DNA of 64,000 nt from Bacteroidota bacterium (GTDB taxonomy: Bacteria > Bacteroidota > Bacteroidia > 2-12-FULL-35-15), in the NCBI GenBank assembly GCA_947449315.1, contig CANFRC010000010.1:67154-131153 (forward strand). Reading direction: 5' to 3'. The position numbers and the translations under genes were made by a program. Below, in pieces: positions 50,658 through 61,291 of the stretch. Each line of letters begins with the position of its first letter. Within the stretch, counting starts at the first letter, position 1. The notes beneath the pieces are model-generated. The model saw only the letters and a list, made by a program, of their open reading frames with translations, was not told the origin of the DNA and did not search any database.

Positions 50658-51734
50658 TTATCTTACGATCAATTTAGTGTTGCTTGAAGCTGTTGCAGTT
50701 TTAACATTAACTGTATAAAAACCTTTTGCAAGATCAGAAGTATTGATGTGAGCGAAATGGAAACCTTGTGCTTGAGCACCATTTGATACTGACGCTACTA
50801 ATTTACCTGTAACATCAAATACGTTGATTGTGACAACTGTTTCTGAAGTCAAGGTGTAATTAATTTGAACATTATCTGTTGCAGGGTTTGGGAATACAGC
50901 AACACCAAGGTCATTGCTATTTTCTTGGATACCTACATTGTTTTTATTTCCACGGATCATTACATCATCCAAAGAAATCAAGTTGTCATCTGTAGAGTTC
51001 GATAAGAAAGCAATAAACACATTTGCATTTGCATACGCATCCAGTGGCAAAGAGAACTGACGTAACTGACCTCTGTGAGAGATCGGAGCTGTTGTGCTAG
51101 CAAAATCAATGTTATTTCCATCTAAACCATGAACAAAACCTGCTGGTCCGCCAGCACCTGTATTTGCAAAAGTAAAGGTAGAGAAAGTTGAATCTGTTCC
51201 TAAAGCAGTCATCTCTTGTGCATTGAACAATACATTAGCGAAAGCAGATGCAGACGTATTATCGGCATTTGTTGACGTAGAAAGCAATACTTGGTAACCA
51301 TCTAAGTAACGAGGAGTTTGGAATGGTGCTGATTTCCAGAATAAGGTATCATGTGTTCCCAATAAGATATTTTTAGTGATCAACCAGTTACTTTCTGGAG
51401 TTGAAGTGTTTGTCCATGTGTTAGCACTGATAACCGTATTTGTATCAGGAGTACCTGGTATACTGTATTGTGTTAAATATTGGTCAACTGTTGAAAAAGG
51501 TTGAACAGCAAACCATCCATCAGGACGAGTACCAGCAGTAGATCCATCAGGAGTACCATCAGAATCCCATGAATACCAGTTCGTATCTGCAGCAACACCT
51601 AGTGGTGCAGAACCATTGATAAGGATATTTGTGTAAAAATTATTTAATTCGAAATCTTCAAAAAGCAACGTATCTTGTGCTTTCATTAAAGTTCCTGTTA
51701 ATAGGAATGCAAGTAAAACGTAAATTTTTTTCAT
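50658..51734 (-). CDS. Secreted protein with a type IX secretion C-terminal sorting domain (Thr/Ser-rich, lectin-like N-region)
   Basis: Signal peptide MKKIYVLLAFLLTGTLMKAQ. C-terminal VFPNPATDNVQINY...GFYTVNVKT, a T9SS CTD. Confidence 0.6.
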   Translation of the reverse strand: MKKIYVLLAFLLTGTLMKAQDTLLFEDFELNNFYTNILINGSAPLGVAADTNWYSWDSDGTPDGSTAGTRPDGWFAVQPFSTVDQYLTQYSIPGTPDTNTVISANTWTNTSTPESNWLITKNILLGTHDTLFWKSAPFQTPRYLDGYQVLLSTSTNADNTSASAFANVLFNAQEMTALGTDSTFSTFTFANTGAGGPAGFVHGLDGNNIDFASTTAPISHRGQLRQFSLPLDAYANANVFIAFLSNSTDDNLISLDDVMIRGNKNNVGIQENSNDLGVAVFPNPATDNVQINYTLTSETVVTINVFDVTGKLVASVSNGAQAQGFHFAHINTSDLAKGFYTVNVKTATASSNTKLIVR

Positions 51735-51856
51735 GTGAGTAGTATTTGTTAAGATGTTTATTTATGAGTCAAAAATAATTATAAAACTTGGAAATAAACA
51801 AACAATTAAAAAGAAAATCAAATTATTAAGTAATTTAATTTTGATTTTTATTTCGT

Positions 51857-51864
51857 TATTTTTG
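51857..51864 (+). promoter_or_regulatory. Candidate -7 box TATTTTTG upstream of the 51885 gene
   Basis: TAnnTTTG motif 21 nt before the ATG. Confidence 0.3.
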
Positions 51865-51884
51865 AACAAAAAAAGATCGCTTTT

Positions 51885-52502
51885 ATGAGTTTTATAAGAA
51901 AAACGGCGCTTATTTTCATTATTCTGCTCCATTCCGGTTCAATAGTTGGTCAAAATCAAGACCTAACAGTGATCCTGAAAGAATCTGTTTTAAACAAAAT
52001 GTTCACAGCCATTGGAGATATAAAGGGAACATCTGCTTATTCTTTTATGTTTATTGAAGGCACCTATACGTGGGACCTCTTAAATCCTCAGATTAAGCTA
52101 CATGCCAACAAAGCTGATTTTGTGTCGGATGTGAAAGTAACTGTCGGTAAATACAATTACCTCATTCATGTGGTAGGCAACGTTGAAATTTGTTATGAAC
52201 CGAAAACGAATTTAATCTATGTGGAAATTACGGAAGCAAAATTCCCACTAAACATCCTGTTTTTCGGAAAATTAAAACACCTTTTGGATGTTGACCTTGC
52301 CAGCTATTTTGAAACACCATTTACCTTTGAAGGGCCCTTGACAATTGGAACAGAAATGGTATTTACGATGCCTGACAATACCACGAAAACAATTTACGCG
52401 CATCCTTTAAATTGTGGCGTAAAAATTGCAGAAAAGCAAGTCACCGTTTCAGCCGAAATGGAATTTATAAATCGGAATGCAACCTTAAAACAGGTTAAAT
52501 AG
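51885..52502 (+). CDS. Hypothetical secreted protein (205 aa)
   Basis: N-terminal signal peptide. No motif recognised. Confidence 0.35.
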   Translation: MSFIRKTALIFIILLHSGSIVGQNQDLTVILKESVLNKMFTAIGDIKGTSAYSFMFIEGTYTWDLLNPQIKLHANKADFVSDVKVTVGKYNYLIHVVGNVEICYEPKTNLIYVEITEAKFPLNILFFGKLKHLLDVDLASYFETPFTFEGPLTIGTEMVFTMPDNTTKTIYAHPLNCGVKIAEKQVTVSAEMEFINRNATLKQVK

Positions 52503-52525
52503 TCATAACAAATAAATTACATTTT

Positions 52526-53959
52526 ATGCTTCAAATTTTCAAAAAAACACTCACGCTTTTTGCTATTTGCTCATCCACTCTTGCAATTGCAACAAATCCT
52601 GGTTCAGGATGTTCCATAAAAATAACAGCTAAAGGCTTAAAAGAGGGATCAATGTGCTTACTCGCTTGTTATTATGGCGATAAAAATTACATCAAAGACT
52701 CCGCAAAGTCGAATGCGAAAGGTGAAGTTGTATTTGCCAATGCTGAAAAATACCCGCAAGGAATTTATCTTTTCGTTCAGCCCAATAAAAAATATTTTGA
52801 TTTTGTCATGGATGAAGGCCAGCATTTTTCATTAGAAACCGACACACTTGACTTTATTAAAAATATGAAAGTAAAAGGTTCGGAGGAAAACAACTATTTC
52901 TTCGATTACCAAAACTTCATGGGTGGAAAACAAAGAGAAATTGAGCCCGTGCGAGCACAATTAAAAGCGGTAAAAGCAAACAAGGACTCCACTAAAATGT
53001 TTCAAGAAAAAATTGCTGCAATCGACAAAGTGGTGATCGCCTACAAACTGGATTTCATTAAAAACAATCCTAAAACATTTGTATCCAAACTCTTTAAAGC
53101 AATGGAAGAACCTATTGTTCCGGAACCGCCTCTTCTACCAAATGGCAAAAAAGATTCAACCTTCGGTTACCGCTATTTCAAATCTCATTACTTCGACAAC
53201 ATTGATTTTACAGATGATCGTTTACTGCGAACACCCATCTTTCAAAATAAAATCAAATATTATCTTGATAAATTAACGCCGCAAACACCCGACTCAATAG
53301 ACATCTCGTGTGATTACATCCTTGAGAAAGCGCGCCCGAACAATGAAGTTTTCAAATTCCTTTTAGGCTGGATGACCTTTAATTACGAAAGCTCAATGAA
53401 CATGGGATTTGATGCAATATTCGTTCATTTGGTGGAGAAATATTATGTAACCAAACAAGCAACATGGGTTGATTCTACTCAACTTTACAAAGTTATTAAT
53501 CGTGCCTACACTCTAAAACCACTGTTGTTGGGGAAGAAAGCGCCTCCTATTACCATGCAGGATAGCTTAGGAAAAGAAATCTCTTTGTATGATGTAAAAG
53601 CAAAATATACCATCCTTATTTTCTGGGATCATGGCTGCGGACATTGTAAAAAAGAAATTCCTAAATTGGCCGAGCTGTATGAAAAAGTAAAATCAAAAGG
53701 CGTAGAAGTGTATGCTGTTGAAACTGAAGACCAACCTGCTGAATGGAAAAAATTCATTGTAGAACACCAACTAAAATGGATCAATGTTCATCAGCCGGAT
53801 CAATACAAACGTGCTGTCACTAAAAAGATGTACGATATCTACAGCACTCCGGTGATCTATTTACTAGATGAAAATAAACTAATTAAAGCGAAACGAATCG
53901 ACACCGAACAACTTGGCAATTTTATTGATTTGCTTGAAAAAGAAAAGAGTAAAAAATAA
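52526..53959 (+). CDS. TlpA-like thiol-disulfide oxidoreductase with a large N-terminal extension domain
   Basis: C-terminal thioredoxin fold ILIFWDHGCGHCKKEIPKL with a CxxC. A ~330-aa N-terminal domain preceded by a signal peptide. Confidence 0.7.
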   Translation: MLQIFKKTLTLFAICSSTLAIATNPGSGCSIKITAKGLKEGSMCLLACYYGDKNYIKDSAKSNAKGEVVFANAEKYPQGIYLFVQPNKKYFDFVMDEGQHFSLETDTLDFIKNMKVKGSEENNYFFDYQNFMGGKQREIEPVRAQLKAVKANKDSTKMFQEKIAAIDKVVIAYKLDFIKNNPKTFVSKLFKAMEEPIVPEPPLLPNGKKDSTFGYRYFKSHYFDNIDFTDDRLLRTPIFQNKIKYYLDKLTPQTPDSIDISCDYILEKARPNNEVFKFLLGWMTFNYESSMNMGFDAIFVHLVEKYYVTKQATWVDSTQLYKVINRAYTLKPLLLGKKAPPITMQDSLGKEISLYDVKAKYTILIFWDHGCGHCKKEIPKLAELYEKVKSKGVEVYAVETEDQPAEWKKFIVEHQLKWINVHQPDQYKRAVTKKMYDIYSTPVIYLLDENKLIKAKRIDTEQLGNFIDLLEKEKSKK

Positions 53960-54190
53960 CCCTTGCACTTCGCGATGGTTGACAAAATGAAACAAAAATG
54001 TCCGACAGTACTGTTGGACTTTTTATTTTATTCTACTAACATTGATTGTGTTGCCACTCGAAAAATCGAATTAACAATCTTTATCAACGGTTGTGAAAAG
54101 AAGATTAAACTAAAAAGACCCTTGAATTTATATACAAAAGGACAAGAATATTAAATACCTTTGAATTGCAAATACATCATTCTAAAAAAA

Positions 54191-54700
54191 ATGAACAGTT
54201 ATATAGAGATTATCCTTCGTTCAGTAGTTGTGTACCTATCCATTATTTTATTTATAAGGGTATTTGGTAAAAAAGAACTTTCTCAGTTGTCGGTCACCGA
54301 TCTGGTGTTTATTTTACTCATCAGCAATTCGGTACAAAATGCCATGGTAGGAAGCGACGCTTCGCTTCAGGGTGGTATAATTGCTGCTGTTACATTATTT
54401 GCATTGAATGCGCTGATTCGCTTATTGGTTTTTAAATTCAAACCGATTCAAAATTTGCTTGAAGGCGACCCGATTGTACTAATTTATAAAGGGCAAATTG
54501 CGACAAGCCATTTAAAAAAAGTTAAAATAACATTGGATGAATTGGAAGCCAGTGTGCGGGAACACGGAATTGAAAAAATATCAGATGTTGATTTGGCCAT
54601 CTTAGAAGTGGATGGAAACATAAGTGTTTTGTCGAACAACTTTTCACACCAAACGAATAAAAAAAGAAAGCATCATAAAGGGTTAAATCAAAATATGTAA
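54191..54700 (+). CDS. DUF421/YetF-family membrane protein
   Basis: IEIILRSVVVYLSIILFIRVFGKKELSQLSVTDLVFILLISN is characteristic of DUF421. The track ORF starts at TTG 54161. ATG at 54191. Confidence 0.6.
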   Translation: MNSYIEIILRSVVVYLSIILFIRVFGKKELSQLSVTDLVFILLISNSVQNAMVGSDASLQGGIIAAVTLFALNALIRLLVFKFKPIQNLLEGDPIVLIYKGQIATSHLKKVKITLDELEASVREHGIEKISDVDLAILEVDGNISVLSNNFSHQTNKKRKHHKGLNQNM

Positions 54701-54717
54701 AGGAAAATCCTTGGACC

Positions 54718-55218
54718 ATGAAAAAGCTACTCCTCCTTCTTTTATTTTTTAGTGCGCCTGGAATAGCGCAAACTGTTGCGGTGCTAAAAGTAACCGACCT
54801 GCAAAAAAGGATCAACAATAATTCTGACACCACTTATATCGTTAATTTTTGGGCCACTTGGTGTTCCCCTTGTGTAAAAGAACTGCCCGATTTTGACAGC
54901 ATCCATAAAATATATGCCGATAAAAAAGTAAAAGTAATATTAGTGACTATGGATTTTAAAGAAGAACTCGATTCCAAAGTTATTCCTTTCCTCAAACAAA
55001 AGAAGATCAAAGCAGAAGTAGATCTGCTGGATGAGATTAACGGAAACTATTTCATTCCAAAAATTTCGGAGAGCTGGACGGGTGCTATTCCAGCAACATT
55101 AATCGTAAACAATCAAACAAAAACCAATCTTTTCTTTGAAAAAAAACTGAATTTCGAATTTCTGAAATCACAGATTGAACTTCTAATGCCTGCTAATCAT
55201 GAAATCCAAGATCATTAA
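54718..55218 (+). CDS. Secreted TlpA/ResA-like thioredoxin
   Basis: Signal peptide. VNFWATWCSPCVKELP, a WCxxC thioredoxin motif. Confidence 0.7.
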   Translation: MKKLLLLLLFFSAPGIAQTVAVLKVTDLQKRINNNSDTTYIVNFWATWCSPCVKELPDFDSIHKIYADKKVKVILVTMDFKEELDSKVIPFLKQKKIKAEVDLLDEINGNYFIPKISESWTGAIPATLIVNNQTKTNLFFEKKLNFEFLKSQIELLMPANHEIQDH

Positions 55219-55867
55219 CATTTCGCTCTTACTTGCTGCTCTTGCAGTATTTATTTACGCCTTCTTTATTTATGACAACAAAAAACCGATACGGAATTTG
55301 CCCATATTCGGAGAAAAGAGCTACGAATCTGTAAATGGAAAAACGGATACGGTTTACCATACTATTCAAGATTTCAGTTTTACGAATCAAGATGGAAAGA
55401 TCATTACGCAAAAGGATGTAGAAGGTTGTGTGTATGTGACAGACTTCTTTTTTACAACATGTCACAGTATCTGTCCGATTATGAGTACACAGATGGAACG
55501 GGTAGCTGAAAAGTTTAATGGGAATCCGGAAGTGAAGATATTGTCGCATACGGTGGATCCCGAAATAGATACTGTAGCACAATTAAAAGCATATTCCATT
55601 AAACACAATGCCGATGCAAAACAATGGATGTTTCTGACAGGAGAAAAAAAAGCGCTGTATGAAATGGCCAGAACCAGTTACCTGCTCAATGCCGACCAGG
55701 GAAATGGCGGTCCAGATGATTTTATTCACACACAAAATTTCGCTTTGATTGACAAAGATAAACGCATCCGCGGCTTTTATGATGGAACCGACACCACCGA
55801 TATACGTCAGTTATTAAAGGACATTGATCTGTTGTTGGCTGAGTATCATTACAAAGAAGGAAAGTAA
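55199..55867 (+). CDS. SCO1/SenC-family copper chaperone
   Basis: N-terminal TM. FFFTTCHSICP CxxxC copper-binding motif. Downstream His (LSHTVDP). Confidence 0.75.
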   Translation: MKSKIINISLLLAALAVFIYAFFIYDNKKPIRNLPIFGEKSYESVNGKTDTVYHTIQDFSFTNQDGKIITQKDVEGCVYVTDFFFTTCHSICPIMSTQMERVAEKFNGNPEVKILSHTVDPEIDTVAQLKAYSIKHNADAKQWMFLTGEKKALYEMARTSYLLNADQGNGGPDDFIHTQNFALIDKDKRIRGFYDGTDTTDIRQLLKDIDLLLAEYHYKEGK

Positions 55868-55924
55868 ATTTGATTTAAAATAGTTCCTTTTAAAAAATTG
55901 TAACTAAAAAAATAGATGACTATA

Positions 55925-55960
55925 AAAAAATGCCATTTCAGAAATGAAATGGCATTTTTT
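55925..55960. terminator. Bidirectional rho-independent terminator between the SCO1 gene and the convergent redoxin gene
   Basis: TGCCATTTC-AGAAAT-GAAATGGCA perfect stem flanked by A6 and T6. Confidence 0.8.
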
Positions 55961-55990
55961 AAAACCTTGATGAACTAATTTTTAACTCCG

Positions 55991-56608
55991 CTACTCTTCC
56001 ACTCTTTTAATAGAGCATCCTACCGATTTAGTAGAATTTGTTTTTACCGCTTTTCCAGTACCAACAGAATTAATAGCATCTTTTAAATAATGTTCTTTCG
56101 CATCATCTGCATCTTTAATGTTATCATCGATAGCACCACGGTATACCAATCCTTTTTTATCGAATAGGAAACAATGTGGCGTGCGGGTTGCACCAAAAGC
56201 ATCCGCAACAACGGAGTTCTTATCAACCACATAATTGAAATCGTATCCCTGAAGTGATGCATATTTTTTCATGGCCTCAAAGGAATCTTCGTCAGCACGT
56301 TGTGCTTCATTTGAATTAATTAAAATAACACCGATCTTATTTGCTTTTGCCAATTTAGCAACCTCTTTTATACGTGCTTCGGAAAGCTTTACATACGGAC
56401 AGGTATTACAAGAGAACATTACAAGAATTCCGTTCTCCCCTTTCGCCTCGGACAAAGTCACTTCCTTACCGCTAATGTCCATCATTTTAGTATCGGCACT
56501 TGGAATGGCCTTACCAATTTCCAGTTCAGGCTTTACTTCTACTATAAAAGCCGTTGAGATCGTTAATGCAACTACTGCAACGCTAACTATTTGAATCGCT
56601 CTTTTCAT
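55991..56608 (-). CDS. Secreted thioredoxin-fold redoxin (AhpC/TSA-TlpA family)
   Basis: Signal peptide. LVMFSCNTCPYV CxxC motif. Confidence 0.65.
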   Translation of the reverse strand: MKRAIQIVSVAVVALTISTAFIVEVKPELEIGKAIPSADTKMMDISGKEVTLSEAKGENGILVMFSCNTCPYVKLSEARIKEVAKLAKANKIGVILINSNEAQRADEDSFEAMKKYASLQGYDFNYVVDKNSVVADAFGATRTPHCFLFDKKGLVYRGAIDDNIKDADDAKEHYLKDAINSVGTGKAVKTNSTKSVGCSIKRVEE

Positions 56609-56663
56609 TTTTCGAATTTTAAAATTTGAAACATAAATTTACAATAATCAGTCCAAAAAACAA

Positions 56664-57731
56664 TCAATTACTTATTAATTCTTTGTAAACAAACTTTTCT
56701 TGCTGTGAATCAAATGGTTTGTATACATAATACACATAGTTGTTTTTCACTTTGATCTTTTCAACGTATTGATTCATCAATTTAAAAGAGCCTTTTATTT
56801 TACCTGTTTGAAGATCAATATTTTTTAAATAATAAAAACCACCTCTTTCATAAACAGCATAAACTTCATTCGATACTTTATCGAGGAGCAGTGCTCGTTT
56901 CCAATCTTTCCATTTTTTCGGATGGTTATAATCAATGTGAATGGAGTCTAGCAAATTCTGTTTTTTATCGTATTTTAAAATGGCATTGCTATAATGATCG
57001 AAAATACAAACGGTGTCATGAATGATGAATAAAGGAGCATACAAAGGTGTATAAAACAAGCTGGTGGTTAATCCGGTCATGTTGGCTGCCACACGATGAA
57101 AGTCGATGCCGTATTGCATGGCAATTTTCCGAGCATACAATTGCTCTTTCGGCTGCATAAAATAAAATTCCATGTTATATCTGTCCATCAAGGCTTCATC
57201 ACAAACTCTTTTTAGGGGTGCCAACGATTTGTTTGTTCCATTGTAAGCATAATACGTAAATGCAGGATAGTCCTTTTGAAAATTAGAAAAGTAAATATCT
57301 TTCCCAATCGTATCGATACAGGGCATAATAAACTTTTTGTAATCATCCATAGGCAAGGAGGCTAAATTGATCTGCTCATTTTTTAGGATGATTCTGTAAA
57401 TATGATTTTCACAAATCACATGAATATATCCTTGGTAATCTTTATAAAGTTCCTTCGCTTCGTCGGGCAGTTCGAAACAGGAAAGCACCTTTTGTGATTG
57501 ATCAACAAGCATAACAGCAGCTTCCGACATGTTTCTTTTGAAAGTAAGTAGAATCAGTTTATCATCCAGGAACTCATAATCAGCTACACTGTATTTCCAT
57601 GTTCCAAAAACGGTATCCACAATATGTTTGGAAGAAACATCCACCTGTCCTAGTTTGTAGACTTTCTGAGCATTTGCTTCCCTTGAGAAAAAGATAAGAA
57701 TGAGAAATAAGTATAAAATAGAACGCACCAT
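56664..57731 (-). CDS. Hypothetical secreted protein (355 aa)
   Basis: Signal peptide MVRSILYLFLILIFFSREANAQ. No motif recognised. Confidence 0.35.
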   Translation of the reverse strand: MVRSILYLFLILIFFSREANAQKVYKLGQVDVSSKHIVDTVFGTWKYSVADYEFLDDKLILLTFKRNMSEAAVMLVDQSQKVLSCFELPDEAKELYKDYQGYIHVICENHIYRIILKNEQINLASLPMDDYKKFIMPCIDTIGKDIYFSNFQKDYPAFTYYAYNGTNKSLAPLKRVCDEALMDRYNMEFYFMQPKEQLYARKIAMQYGIDFHRVAANMTGLTTSLFYTPLYAPLFIIHDTVCIFDHYSNAILKYDKKQNLLDSIHIDYNHPKKWKDWKRALLLDKVSNEVYAVYERGGFYYLKNIDLQTGKIKGSFKLMNQYVEKIKVKNNYVYYVYKPFDSQQEKFVYKELISN

Positions 57732-57791
57732 GACCTCCTTTTTTATTAAAGACGCAAGGCAAAATTATTTTCCATAAATTAGCTGTAACAT

Positions 57792-58373
57792 ATGCTTTAC
57801 GACTTTTATAAAATATTGGATATTCCGCGATCAGCCTCTTCGGAGGATATTAAACGGGCCTATCGTAATAAGGCGAAATTAATCCACCCAGATATAAATA
57901 ATTCCCCAAAGGCAAATGAGGTTTTTGTTGTTGTAAATGAAGCCTATGAAACATTATCCGACGATCACAAAAGATATTTATACGACATCCAATTAAACTA
58001 TATCGATGCGGAGAAAGTGAACGCAGAAAGAAAAAAACAATACTATGGCTCCTCGGTAAAGAACGATACATTCTCCAATAGCAGCCATTTTCAGAACGAA
58101 TGGAACAATAGTAGTAAAGCAATTTATCAAGAGAAGACAGATGCGGATTATTACAGACAGTCGCCACTTTTGTACAATCTTTTTTTTGCAAGCGGAATGC
58201 TCATCGGCTTCATTATACTGATCGTGACCATTGTAGGTACGTTTAAGAATTTCTGGCCTTTCCCATTTATCGTCATTGTTGTACCTGGATTTATATTGGT
58301 GCGAGAAGGATGGAATGGAATGATGGGAAAGAGAACAGTAATTGGCGGTATTTTAAAACGATTGAGAAAATAA
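57792..58373 (+). CDS. J-domain (DnaJ-like) protein with a C-terminal membrane anchor
   Basis: [31 protein letters not shown] with an HPD tripeptide. Two C-terminal TM helices. Confidence 0.65.
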   Translation: MLYDFYKILDIPRSASSEDIKRAYRNKAKLIHPDINNSPKANEVFVVVNEAYETLSDDHKRYLYDIQLNYIDAEKVNAERKKQYYGSSVKNDTFSNSSHFQNEWNNSSKAIYQEKTDADYYRQSPLLYNLFFASGMLIGFIILIVTIVGTFKNFWPFPFIVIVVPGFILVREGWNGMMGKRTVIGGILKRLRK

Positions 58374-58543
58374 TTGTGATTTCTACCTTATCGGTTCTTC
58401 TCTCACGTTGGGGTCGCTAAATGGATAGAAAACGCGTTTGTTATGAAAAGGAGATGAAGAAGAAAGCGTCGCAGCGGAGGAATTGTATAGGCTTGCTTTA
58501 TATTGAATTTTAATCGAAAAAAAGTAACACATAACGAATGAAA

Positions 58544-58582
58544 AGTAAAAAAAATGCTCTTGGTTTACAAGAGCATTTTAGA
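58544..58582 (-). terminator. Rho-independent terminator downstream of ilvE (minus strand)
   Basis: AATGCTCTTG-GTTTA-CAAGAGCATT stem with a T-run on the minus strand. Confidence 0.75.
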
Positions 58583-58600
58583 AATAAAATCAATATTCAA

Positions 58601-59674
58601 CTATCCAACCTTATACATCCAGTTATGGATATCTTCCACTTTTCCTTTGCGGATATTATCTAATTCCTGAGCAACACGGTTGGAGAAGATGCGACCTTCA
58701 ACAGGAGGTAAAACATAGTCTTTACCTTCGTATCCAATTTGAGCGATGTAAGCGATGGTAGCAGCAGTTCCTGTTCCGAATGCATCTTCCAAGGTACCGC
58801 GTTTATGTGCATCTAATACTTCATCGATACTTATTTTCCGTTCCTGTACTTTCATTTTCCAGTCGCGGGCTAATGTTAAAACACTGTCGCGGGTGATCCC
58901 TGCTAATATGGTATCGCCAAGAGGAGGAGTAATCAATACATCATCGATTACAAACATTAAGTTCATGGTTCCAGATTCTTCTAGGTAACGGTGGTTGCGA
59001 GCGTCTGTCCAGATGATTTGATGGTATCCTCTTTGTTGAGCTAATTTAGCAGGAAACAAAGAACGACCATAGTTTCCGGAAGCTTTCACGTATCCTACAC
59101 CACCTTCCACAGCACGGATATAATTCGTTTCAACAAGTACTTTTACAGGCTCATTGTAATATTTTCCTGCAGGAGAAGTGATGATATAAAAACGGTAATT
59201 ATCAGATGGTCTCACACCAATAAATTCATCGGTACCAATTATAAAAGGACGAATATATAAAGAAGAACCGTCGGTATCCGGAACCCAGTCTCTATCTAAG
59301 TGAATCAATTGAGTAAGGCCCTCCATAAAAATATCCTGAGGAATGGTCGCCATCGCCATTCGTTCAGCAGAAATATTAATACGCTTGTGGTTATCCAATG
59401 GGCGAAACAAAAACACTTCACCTTTGTCATTTTTATAGGCTTTCATTCCTTCAAAAATGGCCTGACCATAATGCAACGCAGAAGTTGCAGGACTCATAGG
59501 TATTGGTCCATAAGGCATGATGGTGGCATCTGTCCATTCATTGTTTTTAAAATCTGTATAAAACATATGATCGGAAAAAAGCTTTCCAAATGTAATGTGA
59601 TTGTAATCAAGTTCTTTAATACGTGAGTTCGTAGTCTTTTGAACTTTTATAGCAACCGTGTCTGTCTTAACCAT
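58601..59674 (-). CDS. ilvE: Branched-chain amino acid aminotransferase
   Basis: Class IV aminotransferase fold. ETNYIRAVEGGVGYVKASGNY and TGTAA motifs. 357 aa. Confidence 0.85.
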   Translation of the reverse strand: MVKTDTVAIKVQKTTNSRIKELDYNHITFGKLFSDHMFYTDFKNNEWTDATIMPYGPIPMSPATSALHYGQAIFEGMKAYKNDKGEVFLFRPLDNHKRINISAERMAMATIPQDIFMEGLTQLIHLDRDWVPDTDGSSLYIRPFIIGTDEFIGVRPSDNYRFYIITSPAGKYYNEPVKVLVETNYIRAVEGGVGYVKASGNYGRSLFPAKLAQQRGYHQIIWTDARNHRYLEESGTMNLMFVIDDVLITPPLGDTILAGITRDSVLTLARDWKMKVQERKISIDEVLDAHKRGTLEDAFGTGTAATIAYIAQIGYEGKDYVLPPVEGRIFSNRVAQELDNIRKGKVEDIHNWMYKVG

Positions 59675-59866
59675 AAATAATTGTTTTTATGTATTGGATA
59701 AAAATAAGTATTTTATCTATTTAAACCAATTTTATGAATCTTAATTTTAGACGAATCAGGAAAGAATGAAGACTAATTTTAAAAGGGAAGTAGAAAGCAG
59801 TATACTGGGCTGTACCATTGACCTTGTATGAAATTTCTAGGAAAAGAAGAGCCAGTAGAAATACGC

Positions 59867-61285
59867 TTACCTGAATTTGATCTTTCGGGCTGCAAAAAAG
59901 CACATCTTTAACAAAATAAAGCCGTGTTTAAACCTGGAAATATTCGTTCTACCATACGTTCGTTCATGATAACGAATAGGAACCTCCACAATGCACAGAT
60001 TTAATTTGTGTGCGCCAAATAATAAATCGAAATCACCAAATGGATCAATGTCGCCAAAAAACTTTCGGTTGCTAACAAGACGTTTGTAATCTTTGCGAAA
60101 CATCACTTTTGTCCCGCAGAGCGTATCTTTAAAACGTTGGTCGAGCAGCCACGTGAATAACATGCTGAAAGATTTATTGCCTAATAAATTAAGAAAACGC
60201 ATTGCTTCTTTCTCCATCGGATACACCAGACGGGAGCCATTAATAAAATCACCTTTACCGGATGCAATCGCGTGATAAAATTTACGGAGATCTTCGGGAG
60301 CGACGGTCAGATCAGCATCCAGGATCATCAAGATGTCGTTGGAGGACATTTCAAATCCCTTTTTTACTGCCGCATTTTTTCCTCGTTCCGATACCTGACT
60401 ACTTTTGATGCAATGCGTAGCCGCATACTTATTTTTCACTTCTTCTATCTTTTCCCAAGTTCCATCCGTTGAATGCCCTTCCACAAAAATAATCTCTGTA
60501 TGTGTTCCCAATGCGGGCATACGGAGGATGGCATTCTCTATGTTTCCACTCTCGTTGCAGGCAGGGATAATGACAGAGACAGAATAATCCGTATTTAATT
60601 CTTTCGAAAGCGCAGTATTGACGACCTTTGCGAACGTGAAATTATTGATGCTCAACAAACGCAATACAGGAAACTTTGCCAGAAAGCCATTACATATTTC
60701 AGAGATCAGGGGAATATAAACAGGCAAGATCATCCTTCTGGAATTGCGATATACGTGAAATCCAGAGAGGAAAAGTAAATTATTTATCTCCGACAGACTC
60801 AACCAATTTTGATGAGGTGATTTAGTTTTGTAACCAATGCGCTCTCCGAATTTTAACAGCGGCTCCCATAAAAAACTGTAATAGGTAACAATGATCTTTG
60901 TTTGCGGATGACATACTGCTTTTAATCCTTCGAATACCTTCTGAATGTCATCGAGGTATCCAATCAGATTTGAAAGAATGACAACATCAAATTTTTCGTT
61001 CAACTGAATTTCTTCAGCCGCCATCACCTGAAGTTCTAATTCAGGAAACTGTGTTTTCGCATGGGCAATCATCACTTCGCTGAAATCAATTCCCACTTTG
61101 CGTTTGGCTTTCAGGTTGTTCAACAACTCCCCTGTTCCACATCCGATTTCAAGAACAGAATAGTCTTCATGAATAAAATAGCTGCAATACTTAGTGATAT
61201 CGTTCCAGTAGTACGACTTTGCTTTGCGCTGTTTGATGCGCTTCGCTGCAATCGAATTAAAATAGGTCCTTTTGTTTTCTAACAT
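59867..61285 (-). CDS. Bifunctional fusion: N-terminal class I SAM methyltransferase plus C-terminal GT2 polyprenyl-phosphate (DPM1/ArnC-like) glycosyltransferase
   Basis: Motif I VLEIGCGTGELL in the N-half. C-half VSVIIPACNESGNIENAI, ILDADLT (DxD) and DTLCGTKVMFRKDY, typical of Dpm1/ArnC/GtrB-type enzymes. Confidence 0.7.
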   Translation of the reverse strand: MLENKRTYFNSIAAKRIKQRKAKSYYWNDITKYCSYFIHEDYSVLEIGCGTGELLNNLKAKRKVGIDFSEVMIAHAKTQFPELELQVMAAEEIQLNEKFDVVILSNLIGYLDDIQKVFEGLKAVCHPQTKIIVTYYSFLWEPLLKFGERIGYKTKSPHQNWLSLSEINNLLFLSGFHVYRNSRRMILPVYIPLISEICNGFLAKFPVLRLLSINNFTFAKVVNTALSKELNTDYSVSVIIPACNESGNIENAILRMPALGTHTEIIFVEGHSTDGTWEKIEEVKNKYAATHCIKSSQVSERGKNAAVKKGFEMSSNDILMILDADLTVAPEDLRKFYHAIASGKGDFINGSRLVYPMEKEAMRFLNLLGNKSFSMLFTWLLDQRFKDTLCGTKVMFRKDYKRLVSNRKFFGDIDPFGDFDLLFGAHKLNLCIVEVPIRYHERTYGRTNISRFKHGFILLKMCFFAARKIKFR

Positions 61286-61291
61286 GCGCTT

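Noticed and set aside
53963-54154. 63-aa ORF in the gap between the large TlpA-like gene and the DUF421 gene
   Set aside because: It has no signal peptide, TM segment or motif and begins 4 nt after the upstream stop. It could be a genuine small protein, but I cannot support it from sequence alone.
59721-59903. 60-aa ORF between ilvE and the MT-GT2 fusion
   Set aside because: It overlaps the 3' end of the MT-GT2 gene region and the intergenic promoter area. The sequence is hydrophobic and low-complexity with no support.
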